Below the pieces are notes generated by a model, which had not been told where the DNA came from, ran no database searches, and saw nothing but the letters and a program-made list of their open reading frames with translations. From an uncultured Acidimicrobiales bacterium (GTDB lineage Bacteria > Actinomycetota > Acidimicrobiia > Acidimicrobiales > VFJN01), in the NCBI GenBank assembly GCA_963778415.1, contig CAVZUI010000002.1:124643-188642 (forward strand): DNA of 64,000 bases. Reading direction: 5' to 3'. The position numbers and the translations under genes were made by a program. Within the stretch, counting starts at the first letter, position 1; each line of letters starts with the position of its first letter. Of this stretch, positions 37,661 to 49,591 are shown piece after piece.

Positions 37661-38643
37661 GTGACCGACCCCATCCGCTGGGGCATCTCCTCCACCGGAC
37701 ACATCGCCGACACGTTCGCCACCGGGCTGGCCCAGCTCGACGACGCCCAGCTCGTCGCCGTCGGCTCCCGGTCGGCCGAGCGGGCCGCCGCCTTCGCCGA
37801 CAGGCACGACGCCCCGCGCTGGCACCCGACGCAACGAGGATCTCGCGGCCGACCCCGACGTCGACGTCGTGTACGTCGCCTCGCCGCACGCCGCCCACGA
37901 ACGGGACACGCGCCTGTTCCTCGCCGCGGGCAAGCCCGTGCTGTGCGAGAAGCCGTTCGCCCTCAACCGACTGCAGGGCAGTGCGATGGTGGCCGACGCC
38001 CGTTCGCGAGGGCTGTTCCTGATGGAGGCGCTGTGGAGCCGGTTCCTGCCGGCGTACGCCGTGCTGCGGGACCTGCTCGGCGAGCAACGGGTCGGTGACC
38101 CGCGCCTGGTCGAGGCCGACTTCGGGTTCCGGCGGGACATCGACCCGGCCCACCGCCTCTTCGACGTCGCCCTCGGCGGCGGCGCGCTGCTCGACCTCGG
38201 GATCTACACGGCCCAGCTGGTGGCGATGGTGCTCGGCCACCCCGACCGGGTGGTCGCCGACGGCCACATCGGCGAGACCGGCGTCGACGAGCAGGTGGCC
38301 GCCGTGCTCCACCACCCGGGCGGTCGCCTCGGGGTGATCAAGGCGGCCATCCGCACCGGCCTGTCGTGCTCGGCCCGCATCTCGGGCACCGACGGGTGGA
38401 TCGAGGTGCCGCCGTTCATGCACGCCCCCGACCACCTGGTGGTCGGGCGCGGCGGGCGCGACCGAGCGCATCGACGCGCCGTGGGAGGGCGAGGGCCTGC
38501 GGTTCCAGGCGATCGAGGTCCACCGCTGCCTGCGGGAGGGGCTGACCGAGAGCCCGATCATGCCGCTCGACGAGACGCTGGCCCTGGCCGGGACGCTGGA
38601 CGAGATCCGCGCCCAGATCGGCCTCACGTACCCGGTCACCTGA
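37661..38643 (+). pseudogene. Gfo/Idh/MocA-family NAD(P)-dependent oxidoreductase, frameshifted as sequenced
   Basis: GTG 37661: VTDPIRWGISSTGHIADTFATGL. ORF 37869..39056: VYVASPHAAHERDTRLFLAAGKPVLCEKPFAL...LMEALWSRFLP. The tail EGEGLRFQAIEVHRCLREGLTESPIMPLDETL...TYPVT* is in a third frame. Shifts near 37815 and 38460. Confidence 0.8.
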
Positions 38644-38688
38644 CCGCAGGGTCGGCAAGGCCGACGCCCGGTCGGCCGTCGGGCCGCC

Positions 38689-39880
38689 TCAGGCGGGCTC
38701 GAACTCGAACTCGACCTGGGCCGACCGCAGCCCGTACACGAACGCGTTCGGCATCTCGACCGGCTCGGTGCCCGGCACCAGGCGCATCGACCGCACCCGG
38801 CGCACCAGCTCCTCGAAGAACAGGCGGATCTCCATGCGGGCCAGGGCGGCCCCCAGGCAGAAGTGGGTGCCGAAGCCGAAGGCGATGTGGTTGTTCGGCG
38901 AGCGGGTCACGTCGTAGCGCTCGGGGTCGGCGAAGTGGCCGGGTCCCGGTTGGCCGAGCTGTACATGAGCACGAGCTGCTGCCCGGCCTCGATCGGCTGG
39001 CCCGCCGACCTCGGCGTCGACGGCCGCCACCCGGCACATGTTGTGGATCGGGGTGACCCAGCGGATGAACTCCTCGGTGGCCACCGTCAGGTCCGCGCCG
39101 GCCTTCGAGCGCGGCCCACTGGTCGGGGTGGGCGATGAGGTCGAGGATGGTGCGGGCGATGACCGTGCGCGTCGTCTCCGCGCCGCCGTCGAGCAGCAGC
39201 AGGCAGTCGGAGATGACCATGTCGACGTCAGCGGCTCGCCGTCGACCTCGGCCGCGGTCCAGATCGACATGATGTCGTCGGCCGGGCACCGCGACTTCTC
39301 GGCGTGGAGGTCGCTGGCCGCCTGGGCGAACTCCATGGCCGCCAGCATCCCGTCCTCGTTGAAGTAGCGCGGGCCGCCACCCATCTCGATCGTGCGCTCG
39401 GACCACACCTTGAGCTCGGGCCAGCGCTCCTCGGGGAAGCCGAGCAGCCAGGCGATGGTCATGGCCGGCAGGGGTGCGGCGAGCTGGTCGACGATCTCGG
39501 CGGTGCCGCCCGCCGGCCTCGACCGCGTCGACGAGGCCCCGCACGGTGTCGCGCACGTGCGCCTCGCGGGCGCCGACCGCCCGGGGGGTGAAGCGGCGGG
39601 ACACGAGGTTGCGACGCTGGTGGTGGAGGGGGTCGTCGAGGCCGATGATGGCGGGGTCGGCGGGGATGTTGGGCCGGTAGCCACCCTTGGCCTGGTCGGA
39701 GTTGACGAACACGTCCTTGCGCCGCTCGACGTCGACGATGTCGTCGTAGCGAGAGACGCCCCACAGCTCGTTCGTGGCGTCCCAGTAGACGGGGGCGCTC
39801 TCGCGCATCCACCGATAGGCGGCGTAGGGGTCGTCGACGTAGAAGTCCCCGTCGAGCAGGTCGATCACCCGGACGTCCAT
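38689..39880 (-). pseudogene. cytochrome P450, frameshifted as sequenced
   Basis: ATG 39880: MDVRVIDLLDGDFYVDDPYAAYRWMRESAPVYWD. LDDPLHHQRRNLVSRRFTP (ORF 38636..40372). ORF 38689..39684 has IRWVTPIHNMCR and the heme loop FGFGTHFCLGAALAR. LLLDGGAETT is in another frame. At least 4 shifts. Confidence 0.85.
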
Positions 39881-40039
39881 CGCTGTGGCCCCTTCTCCAG
39901 CGCCGCCGGCCATGACGGTCGTGTCAGTCGTCGTGCCAGCGAGACTAGAACGCGTTTCGGCGACGGGAGGCACCGAGCGGCCTACCGTGCAGGCCACGCG
40001 GCCGCGCTCGACCGGCGCTCGGCACACCGAGGGGAACCG

Positions 40040-41182
40040 ATGACCGACGCCGGAACGTCGATGACCGCACCGGGCACCCGACCCGACCCCGCGGTCGTCG
40101 ACGACACGGAGCAGCTCACACCGCAGTGGTTCGACGCCGTGCTCGGCACCGCGGGCACCGCGTCCAGCGTGCGGTCGGTCACGACCGAGCCCGTGGGCAC
40201 CGGCCAGATGGCGGCGACGGTACGGGCCCACCTCGAGCTCGGCGGCGGCACCGAGCGCACGGTCGTGGTCAAGTACGCCCGGGCCGACGTCGAGTCGGCG
40301 ATGGCGGCCATGGCCTACGCCAAGGAGGTCGCGTTCTACGCCGAGCTGGCCGAGCAGCGTGTCGGCCCGCACGCCGAGCTGCCTCTACGCCGCCATCGCC
40401 GAGGGCGCCCCTCGCTTCGTCCTCGTGCTCGAGGACCTGGCCGACGCCCGCCAGGGCGACCAGATCGCCGGGTGCTCGGTGGCCCACGCCGAGGCCGCGG
40501 TCACCAACCTCGCCGGGCTGCACGGGCCCACGTGGTGCGACGAGACGCTGCGCGCCCGGCCGTGGCTCGGCGGGGACACCACCGACGTCATCACCGCCGA
40601 CTTCATGGCGCCGGTGATCGCGATGGCCGCCGACGGCTTCGCCGAGCGGTTCGCCGCCGAGCTCGAGCCCGTCGAGGCCGCGGTGCTCGAGGCCTCCCGG
40701 TCGCTCCTGCCCGTGTGGATGTTCGAGCGCGGCGAGCGGTTCGCCGTCCTCCACGGCGACTACCGCCTGGACAACCTGCTGTTCCCCGACGACGACCCCG
40801 GACCGCGTGGCGGCGGTCGACTGGCAGACCACCGCCCTGGGGCCGCCAGGACGCGACCTCGCCTACTTCCTCGAGACCTGCCTGCCGGTCGAGGATCGGC
40901 GTCGCCACGAGCGCGCCCTGGTGGGGACGTACCACGCGCGCGCTCGTCGACCACGCGGCCGTCTCCGGCTACGACCTCGACGCCTGCTGGGACGACTACG
41001 TCGACGGGCTGCTGCACGGACCGCTCATCATCCTGCTCGGCCGCCTGACCGCCGGCGTGACCGAGCGGGGCGACGAGATGTTCCGCGCCATGTGGCAGCG
41101 GTCGACCGCCGCCATCGACGACCACGGCACGCTCGCGCGGGTGCGGGCCCGGGTCGAGGGCGGCTCCCCGACGCCCGGGTGA
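40040..41182 (+). pseudogene. phosphotransferase (APH / CHK-like kinase) family protein, frameshifted as sequenced
   Basis: ATG 40040: LTPQWFDAVLG...TEPVGTGQMAATVRAHLEL...VVVKYA. ORF 40359..41048: RFVLVLEDLADARQGDQIAG...LHGDYRLDNLLF. ORF 40807..41271: AAVDWQTTALGPPGRDLAYFL. The tail is in ORF 39392..41182. At least 3 shifts. Confidence 0.75.
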
Positions 41183-41304
41183 CGTCGAGGGGCTCGTGCC
41201 GGCGGCCGGGACCGCGGGGCGCCTCTTCCCGCCGCCGCGGTGTGCCCCACCGACCCAGCGGGTACACCTGACGGCGACCGCACCCCTGACCAAGGACGCC
41301 CACG

Positions 41305-42054
41305 ATGGCCCCGCAGAAGCGTGACACCGGAAGATCCGACGACCCGTCCTCCGACCGCGCCGTCATCGACGCCGCCATCGACGCCGCGGGCGCCGACCCC
41401 GCCCTCCCGTCCGACCCCGGCGTCGCCGACGACGTGGGCGGCGTCGTGCGTGCGGCCGTCGACGCCGTCGGGCGCGCCGGCACGATCTCCGCCTCGGCGC
41501 TCACCGACGCGCTCGAGAGCGCCGGGCGGTCGCTCACCCGGCGGGTGGTCGCGGGGGCCGCCACCGAGGGCAAGGACATGGCCGACCCGGCCGCCCTGCA
41601 GAAGGCCCTGGCCGACAAGCCCCGCCTCCCGGCGCTCGGCAGCGCCACCACCGCCGCGGTCGCCCTCAGGTTCGCCTCCCGGTTCCGCCGGTTGGGCTTC
41701 CTCGCCAAGCGCACGCCGGCGTTCCTGGTGGCGGCGGCCGTCCCGGCCCTCGTCGCCTCGGTCACGCGCGGCGCCGACGAGCTGGGGATGGTCGCGTCGC
41801 ACCTCGAGCACCGCTCCCGCGCCGAAGGGGTCGAGCCCGACATCGAGCGGGTGCGGCGGGCCGCCGTGCAGATCGTCTTGCGTCGCCCCATCGACCCCGA
41901 GACCGAGCCCAGCCACGGCGCCCTCGTCGTGCAGTGGCTCCGGCGGGCCTTCCGCGCCGCACTGCCGTTCACGGCCGGGGTCGCCACGGCCGACCCCGAG
42001 GGCCTCGCCCGGGCGGCAGCCGAGGTCGACACCGCGCGCCTCGGCGCCGCCTGA
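41305..42054 (+). CDS. hypothetical protein
   Basis: ORF 41305..42054, 249 aa. Composition is protein-like (RFASRFRRLGFLAKRTPAFLVAAAVPALVASV...). No family recognised. Intact. Confidence 0.45.
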   Translation: MAPQKRDTGRSDDPSSDRAVIDAAIDAAGADPALPSDPGVADDVGGVVRAAVDAVGRAGTISASALTDALESAGRSLTRRVVAGAATEGKDMADPAALQKALADKPRLPALGSATTAAVALRFASRFRRLGFLAKRTPAFLVAAAVPALVASVTRGADELGMVASHLEHRSRAEGVEPDIERVRRAAVQIVLRRPIDPETEPSHGALVVQWLRRAFRAALPFTAGVATADPEGLARAAAEVDTARLGAA

Positions 42055-42058
42055 TCGG

Positions 42059-42079
42059 CGCCGCGGTCCGGCCGCGGCG
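42059..42079. terminator. GC hairpin CGCCGCGG-TCCGG-CCGCGGCG between convergent genes
   Basis: 8-bp stem read from the sequence. Lies between the stop at 42054 (plus) and the stop at 42092 (minus). Confidence 0.4.
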
Positions 42080-42091
42080 GGGCGCGCGCGG

Positions 42092-45000
42092 TCAGGACAC
42101 GCGCTGGGCCACGACCAGGGCGACGTCGTCCTGGTCGGACCCCGCCGACGGCCGGGCGGCCAGCAGTCGGTCGGCCAGGGGATCGGGGTCGAGCGACCCC
42201 GCGTCGCGGACGCGCACGACGAGCTCGTCGACCGAGGTGGCGATCTCGGTGTCCCGCCGCTCGATCAACCCGTCGGTGTACACGACGAGGGTTGCGCCCA
42301 CCGGGAAGGGCACGTAGCCCACCGGCTTGGCGGCCAGGTCGATGCCGAGGACCGAGTGGCGGCCCCCCGTCAGCGCGTGGACCGCCCCGCCCGGCTGGCG
42401 CACGAGGGCGGGAGGGTGCCCGGCCGTCACGTAGTCGATCGCCCCGGCGGCCAGGTCGACGATCGCCAGGAGCACGGTGGCGTACCCGAGCCCGTCGCGC
42501 TGCATCATCGCCGACGTGCGCACCAGCACGTCGGGCAGCGTCATGCCGCCGACGAGGAGGGTGTGGACCACCGTGCGGATCTGGGTCATGGTCGCCACCG
42601 CGCCGGCACCGTGCCCGCTGACGTCGCCGACCACCAGGCACATCCGCCGGTCGTCGAGGGCGATGGTGTCGTACCAGTCGCCGCCCATGCCCACCTCGGC
42701 CGCCGCCGGCTGGTAGCGCGTGGCGACCTGCGAGCCCGTCGACGGGCGTCGACGGCGGGAGGACCGACCGCTGGAGGTCCTGCCGGACCCGGTGCTCGGC
42801 GTCGAACAGCCGCGATCGCTCAGTGGACTGGGCGCACAGGTCGGCGACGGCGAGCAGCCGGGCCGTGAGCACGTCGTCGAACCGAGGCGGGACGATCCAC
42901 AGCACGACGAGGACCCCCGACGCGTCGCCGTCGGCTCCGATCAGCGGGGCACACGCCGCGGCCCGCAGGCCGAGGGCGTCGAGGTCGCCGGGCGACCCGG
43001 GGATCGGCCGCTCCGATGTCATCGAGGCTGGCGAACGTGACCAGCCGCCGCTCGCGGATGGCGGCCAGCGCGGGGAAGTCGCCCGAGAGCTCGGTCTCGA
43101 GGTACGGCGCCAGGGGGCCGAGCGTCGGCCCCTCGGGCGCCAGCAGGCGCAGGTGGTCGCCCTCGACCACCCCCACCAGGGCGAAGTCGGCCGACAGCGC
43201 CTTGGGTGGCATGGGCGACGATCGCCGAGCCGACCTCGTCGAAGCTGCGGGCGGCGGACAGGTGGCTGGCGAGCGTGGCGAGCGCGGTCGAACCGGCTTG
43301 CGCCAGGTCGGTGGCCCGGGCCCGCTCCAGGCTCGACGCACACAGGTCGGCCGTGGCCTGCAGCGTCGTGGCCAGGCCGCTGTCGAAGCGCTGCGGGGTC
43401 GACCATCCGAGCGTCACCGCCCCGAAGGGCACGCCGTCCTCGCCGACGAGGGGAAGGCTGGCGACCGCCTCGAGGCCCGCGGCCTCGATGGCGTCGGCGA
43501 CGGCGGGGAAGCGGGCCCGGACGGCGTCGGGGTCGCCGAGCAGCACGGCGTCGTTGCGCCGGAACGCCTCGAGCATCGGCCAGGGGTGATCGAGCCCGCG
43601 CACCTCGACCTCGGCACCGTCGGGCCCGAGCCCCTGGTGCGTCACGCGCAGGGCGCGCCCGTCGTCGGTGAGCAGCCCGATGTGGGTCGACGTCGCGCCG
43701 GGCACGTCGCCGGCCCGGGCCACGAGCCGCCGGGCGACCTCGTCGGCCGTGGCCGCGGTGGCGGCCGACTCGGCGAGGCCGGCCAGGAGCCGGCTGGTGA
43801 CCGCATCGCGCCGCGCCCGGTCGATCACCCGGGCGCGGTCCACGGCCTGCCCGCACATCTCCCCGACCGTGGCCAGCCCGCCCAGGATGACGTCGTCGAC
43901 GTCGCCGGCATCGGCCCAGACGACGTCGAGGGTGCCGACGGTGGAGCCGACCGCGTCGTGGATGCGTCGGCGGACGGTGACACGACCGTCGTGGTCGCCC
44001 GGGCCCCCGTCGTCGTTGTGCGGACCCGGGCCGGGGCCGGGGATGTCGTCCTCGTCGGGCGGACCGGGACCGCCGGCCGGCGCGCGGCCGGACGCGGCCG
44101 GGACGGAGAGCCGCGCCTCGGTCGCCGACAGCGCGGCCGGCACGACCCCCGAGACCACGCGGGCCACCGAGTCGATGGACGTGGTGCCGGCGAGCGCCTG
44201 GCCGACGTCGGCCAGCCGGTCGACGACGCCGACGTGCCGTGCCACCTGGTGCTGGTGCCGGCCCGCCCGCCACGCGAACACGGCCAAGGTCCCGGCGAGG
44301 GCGACCGTGGCCACGAGCAGCCACCAGGGCGCGGCCGTCGACGCGTCGTCCATGTCGTCCACGGTGATGCGCCACGTGCGCCCACCGACGTCCCGCTCGA
44401 CCGTCACGCCGCCGTCGGGGGCCGGGCTCGTCTCCAGCAGCGGGCCGGTCTCCTCGGCGCCGGGGGCCGCACCGCCGTCGCCGACGTCCTCGATGCGAAG
44501 GCCCAGGGGGTCGTCCACCTGCGCGCTGATGGCCGCCAGGAGGTGGTCGCCGAGCACACCCGTCGTCACGTACCCGACCACGCTGGCCGCGTCGCTCGTC
44601 GACCGACGCGTCGACGGGCGTGCCGGCCCGGTACACGGGGTGGACGACGAAGACCGCGGGTTCGCCGTTCGGCCGTGACGGGACCGTGCTGCTGATGACC
44701 GCGGTGCCCGTGTCGCGCGCCTCCTCGATCGCCGCGCGGCGCACGGCGTCGGTCGTCAGGTCGAACCCGATGAGGCGTCGCGTCTCCGGCCGGGCCGGCA
44801 GCACCCACTGGACGGGCAGGTACGACGGCTTCGGCGGGGCCGGCGCGCCGCCGGGCTCGTCGGTGATCGGGCACCCCGGCCTCGGCCTCGAACGTGGCGC
44901 GCCCCTCCGCGCTGACCTGGGGTGCGTACGCCAGCGTCTCGAACGGCGAGGCCTCGACGGCACGGAGGGCGTAGGCCGCGAACGACGGTTGGTCGACGAC

Positions 45001-45288
45001 GCCCTCGGCATCGGGCAGCCCGGACACGCCGCTGATCGCGGCCACGAGCTGCTGGATCGTGGCGGCCGCCAGGTTGCCGGTCTGCTGGGCCAGCAGCTCC
45101 TCCCGCTGCTCGGCGTCGCGCCGAGCGCTCTGGGCGACGGCCGCGGCGGCGGTGACGCCGACCACGAGGACCAGGATGACCGCCGCGATCCGCGGCCACA
45201 GCCGCTGCGGGGTCGGCGCGGTCGGCTGGGCCCGACCCGGCGTTCCCCACACGCCCGCGTCGGCGCGCCGCCGCCCCGACACCGTCAC
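42092..45288 (-). pseudogene. membrane sensor phosphatase: TM - CHASE-like - TM - GAF repeats - PP2C/SpoIIE, multiply frameshifted as sequenced
   Basis: GTG 45288 overlaps the STAS stop (GTGA). TM1: IAAVILVLVVGVTAAAAV. CHASE-like: SYLPVQWVLPARPETRRLIGFDLTTDAVRRAAIEEARDTGTAVISS...VFVVHPVY. TM2: WWLLVATVALAGTLAVFAW. GAF-like blocks in ORFs 43019..44581 and 42820..43341. PP2C domain in ORF 42092..42694: GGDWYDTIALDDRRMCLVVGDVSGHGAGAV...LVVYTDGLIE. At least 5 shifts. Confidence 0.75.
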
Positions 45289-45603
45289 TCCCGGGCGAGC
45301 CAGCCGTCGGCGTCGGCGAGGTCGAGCAGCCGGGCGACCTGGCGGTTGACGCCGCGCAGCACCATGTCGACGTCGGCGTCGGCGGCGGCGCGCCGGACGT
45401 CCAGAAGGGCGCCGAGGCCGCTCGAGTCGCAGAACGACACACCCGCCATGTCGACGACGAGGCGCGACGAGGCGGCCTGCCGACACGGCCGGGACGAGAG
45501 CGTCCACGACCGCGGCGCGGGACGTCAGGTCGAGCTCGCCGGTGAGGCGCGCCACCAGCGTGTCGTCCTGGGTGGTCACGTCGATGTCGAAGGTCGCGGG
45601 CAT
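45285..45603 (-). pseudogene. STAS-domain anti-sigma-factor antagonist, one frameshift as sequenced
   Basis: ATG 45603: MPATFDIDVTTQDDTLVARLTGELDLTSRAAVVDAL. After a shift near 45465: LVVDMAGVSFCDSSGLGALLDVRRAAADADVDMVLRGVNRQVARLLDLADADGWLARE*. Confidence 0.75.
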
Positions 45604-45950
45604 CCTGCCTGCCTCAATCGTGGCTCTGGTTGTCGGGCGGGAGCGGGCGCGCGGCCGCACCCGTGGGGCCGTGCCCGAGCCTGATGCCCGGTCGCCCGTC
45701 GCTGTCGGCCTGTCCGCGAGATTGTTTCCTGCCGGCGCGATTGTGCACCACCCTGGGCCATTCGACCACTGCGACGACGCACATGCCGGCCACTCGTTGC
45801 TCGACGGCCCTGCGGCCCGGCCACATCGCGCATGGCCGCCGCGATCGGTGGCGACTGCACCCGGCCAGGATGTCATACCCGATGGGTACACTTGTTCGCA
45901 TGCCTGGTGGGATCCGCCGCCGGGGTGGGGTGACGAGAGAGGATCGAGTG

Positions 45951-47352
45951 ATGCGACAGCGCACGCGCACATCACGGGGTGAGAGCCGCCGTGCCGGCCG
46001 GGCGAGCGGTGCCGGCCGACCCGGGGGCCCACGTCGCGATGGGGCGTCGGGCCCAGCGCACGGCTCGGTCGAGGCCCGGATCGAGGCGGCCGCGGCGTCC
46101 GCGCGGTGACGGCGCGCCGCCGTCGGCGCTCCTCGTCGACGCCCTCGCCCGCGAGCCCGCTCCCGCGACCCCCGACGGTGGCGCGCCCTGCGACGACCGG
46201 GCCGCCCCGGTCGACCCGGTCGACCGGGCGCTGTCCGGCGCGCTCGTCGCCGCCGTCGCCGAGGCCTGGCAGCGCGGGTGGCAGCCGGCCGACCTGCACC
46301 GAGCTGTCGAGCGCTCCCTCGGGCGGGCGGCGGCTCGCCTCCTCGTCCGGGCTGTGGCCGCCGAGGTGCGGCGGCACCCGGCGGCGACCGTGCCGGCCCG
46401 ATGGCGCCAGCAGCTCGACGCCCTCGGTGCCGACGCCGCGTCGCTCGGCGCGCGTCGGGTGGGCCGTGGGCGGTGCCGTGGCCCGGTCCCGCCACGGCGC
46501 TCGCCGAGCCGGGTGTCGCCCGGGTGCAGGCCGTGGGCGCGGCGGTGGCGACCCTCGCTCACGTGCGTTCCCTGCCCCGGCTGCCCAAGCTCGGCCCCGC
46601 CCCCGGCGAGGAGGGCGCGGCCGAGGGGCCCCGTCTCCGGCCCGATGCGAGCGTGTTGCACAAGGTGACGTCCTTGCTGGCCAAGGCCGAGTCGACCACC
46701 TTCCCCGACGAGGCCGAGGCGCTCACGGCCAAGGCGCAAGAGCTCATGACCCGGTACGCCATCGACCGCGCGCAGCTCGAGTCCGGCCGCGGCGACGAGC
46801 CGGTGGCCGGGGGTCGGCGCGTGGCGGTCGACGACCCCTACGCCAACGCTCGCTACCTCCTGCTGTCGGCCGTCGCCGGCGCCAACCGCTGCCGGGCGGT
46901 GTGGACCAAGCAGTGGGGGTTCTCCACCGTGTTCGGCGACGACGGCGATCTCGACGCCGTCGAGATGCTGTTCACGTCGTTGCTGGTGCAGGCGACCCGG
47001 GCCATGGTGCTCGAGCCGGTGGCGGCGGCGGGCAGCGCGCGGCCGGACCCGCTCCTTCCGCCATGCGTTCCTGGTGGCCTTCGCCGGGCGCATCGGCGAG
47101 CGGCTGGCCCGGGCGACCGACGATGCCACCGCCGATGCCGGCCGGCACGGCACCGCCATCGTCCCGCTGTTCGCCGCCCGCCGCGCCGCCGCCGACCGTG
47201 CCGTGGGCGACGCCTTCCCCGAGACCCGCACGATGCGCGTGACGGCACGCAACGCCGACGGCTGGCAGGCGGGTGTCCGCGCCGCCGATCGCGCCCAACT
47301 CGGCGCCGAACGTCCCGTGCGGGGCGCAGGCCGGCCAGGCCTCGGGCGATGA
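45951..47352 (+). pseudogene. DUF2786-domain protein, frameshifted as sequenced
   Basis: ATG 45951 after GAGAGAGGA. ORF 45979..46668: LVAAVAEAWQRGWQPADLHRAVERSLG. ORF 46278..48176: VLHKVTSLLAKAESTTFPDEAEALTAKAQELMTRYAID...YANARYLLLSAVAGANRCRAVW. ORF 47074..47352 carries the tail. About 3 shifts. Confidence 0.65.
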
Positions 47353-47886
47353 CCACGCCGTCCAATCCCTTCGACGCGCTCGATGGCGTCGCTCGATCCG
47401 CCCATGGTGGTGGTCACCGCAGCCGCCGGTGGCGAACGCTCGGGATGTCTGGTGGGCTTCCACTCCCAGAGCAGCATCGACCCGGCGCGCTCCTGCGTGT
47501 GGCTGTCCAAGGCCAACCGCACCTACGAGGTGGCGCTGCTCGCCACCCACCTGGGCATCCACCTGCTGACCGAGGCCGACCGCCCGCTGGCCGCGCTGTT
47601 CGGCGGCGTGTCGGGCGACGTGGTCGACAAGTTCGCCGCGGTCGACGTCGATGCGGGCCCCGACGGTGTCCCTGTGCTCGCGGCGTGCCCCCATCGCCTG
47701 GTGGTGCGGAAGACGGCGGTGCTCGACGAGGGCGGCGACCACGTCTGCTTCGTCACCCAGCCCGTCGACGCCGTGACCGCAGGGCCGTTCAAGCCCCTGC
47801 GGCTGTCGGCGGTCGCCGATCTCCACGCCGGCCACGCGGCGGGCGACAGCCCGCATTGGCCCGTCGAACGGCCCCGCGACGCCTGA
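47349..47886 (+). pseudogene. flavin reductase-like (FMN-binding split-barrel) protein, one frameshift near the 5' end
   Basis: ATG 47349 overlaps the upstream stop (ATGA): MTTPSNPFDALD. Body in ORF 47383..47886: LDPPMVVVTAAAGGERSGCLVGFHSQSSIDPARSCVWLSKANRTYEV. Confidence 0.7.
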
Positions 47887-47916
47887 CCCCCGGGGCTCGC
47901 GCCGGCGATCGCGCCC

Positions 47917-49502
47917 TCAGCCCTCGCCCGTGGCCACCCGCTTGGCCCACGGGTAGTCGGGCTTGCCGCTCGGCGAGCGCTGCATCAGCGTCGACGAGCG
48001 TGCAGCTCGCGCGGCACCTTGTAGCCGGCGATCTTGGTGCGGCAGTGGTCCTGCACCGAGTCGAGCGTCGGCGGTCATGCCCTCGCGCGGCTGCACGACC
48101 GCGGCGACCCGCTGGCCCCAGCGCTCGTCGGGCACGCCCACCACGACGGCGTCGTACACGGCGGGGTGCGACTTGACCGCGGCCTCGACCTCCTCGGGGA
48201 AGATCTTCTCGCCGCCCGAGTTGATCGACTGCGAGCCCCGGCCGAGCAGCGTGATCGAGCCGTCGGCCTCGAGCATGGCCAGGTCGCCGGGGATCACGTA
48301 GCGCGTGCCGTCGACCTCGACGAACGTCTCCGCCGTCTTCACCGGGTCGTTGTAGTAGCCGACCGGGATGTCGCCGACGCGGGCCAGCCGGCCGATCGTC
48401 CCCGATCCCGGCTCGACCGGTCGCAGGTCGTCGTCGAGCACGACGGTGCCGCCGACGGGCCTGACGGTCGGCCCGCCCTTCATCTGCGGTCTTGCCCTTC
48501 TCGACCACGATGATGCCGTTGCCCCCGCCCTCGGACGAGCCGATGGCGTCGGTCATCACGACGTTCGGGAAGTGGTCGAGGAACTGGTCCTTCAGCGACG
48601 GCGAGAACACCGCGGCCGTCGACGACAGCGACGAGCAGCGACGACAGGTCGCGCCCCTTGCTCGGCTCCTCGTCGAGCGCCTCGACGAGCGGGCGGGCCA
48701 TGGCGTCGCCGGTGATCATCAGCGAGTTGACCTTCTCCTCCTCGACGAGGCGCCACACCTCGTGGGCGTCGAACTGGCCCATGAGCACGACCTTGTTGCC
48801 CTGGAAGCTCTGCCCCATGACGGCCCACTGGGTGGCGCCGTGCATGAGCGGGGCGATGGGCAGGAAGGTGAGGGCGAACCCCATCTTCTGGCCGCGCGCG
48901 ACCATGTCCTCGGGGGCCGTCGCCCGCTCGCCGGTGAGGAAGTCGATGCCGCCGCCGAGGGCGAACAGCACGTCCTCGTGGCGCCACACGACGCCCTTGG
49001 GCATGCCCGTGGTGCCGCCCGTGTAGAGGATGTAGCGGTCGTCGGCCGAGCGGGGGGCGAAGTCGCGCTCGGGCGACCCCTCGGCCAGCGCGTCCTCGAA
49101 GTCGCCGCCGATCACCGACCCGGTGGCGCAGGTCGGGCATGTGGGCCATCACGCCCGTCGACCCGATCGGTGAACGCCGAGTCGTGCACCAGCGCCTTGA
49201 GGTCGGCGTTGCCGAACAGGTAGCGCGAGCTCGTCCTCGACGTAGCGGTAGTTGATGTTGATCCAGACGGCCCGCAGCTTGAAGATCGCCCACAGGCTCT
49301 CGATCCACTCGACCGAGTTCACGCCGTAGATGCCGACGTGGTCGCCCGGGCCGATGCCCTGGGCCGCGAGGTGGTGGGCGAGGCGGTTGGCCCGGGCGTC
49401 CATCTCGCCGTAGGTGCGGCGCCGGCCGTCGGCGACGAGGTACTCGCGGTCGGGCCACGTGTCGACGGCGTGCTCGAACAGGTCGGCCAGGTTGAACTCC
49501 AT
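47917..49502 (-). pseudogene. AMP-dependent acyl-CoA synthetase/ligase (FadD-like), multiply frameshifted as sequenced
   Basis: ATG 49502: MEFNLADLFEHAVDTWPDREYLV...GVNSVEWIESLWAIFKLRAVWININYRY. ORF 48480..49115: ILYTGGTTGMPKGVVWRHED. ORF 47789..48610: TDAIGSSEGG. ORF 47917..48483: YVIPGDLAMLEADGSITLLGRGSQSINSGGEKIFPEEVE. At least 5 shifts. Confidence 0.85.
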
Positions 49503-49591
49503 CGCTTCCCCTCGTCGTCGTCCCCGTGGCGGTGGACAGCAGCATGCTCTCACGCTCGCCGGACAACAATTTGTAGCGCACGTTACGGTTC

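Noticed and set aside
41028-45011. 1327-aa ORF on the minus strand, the longest in the track
   Set aside because: Most of its translation is Arg/Pro/Gly/Ala-rich low-complexity sequence, typical of an off-frame reading of 72% GC DNA. Only short stretches are real, where the sensor-phosphatase gene happens to pass through this frame. It is not a gene in its own right.
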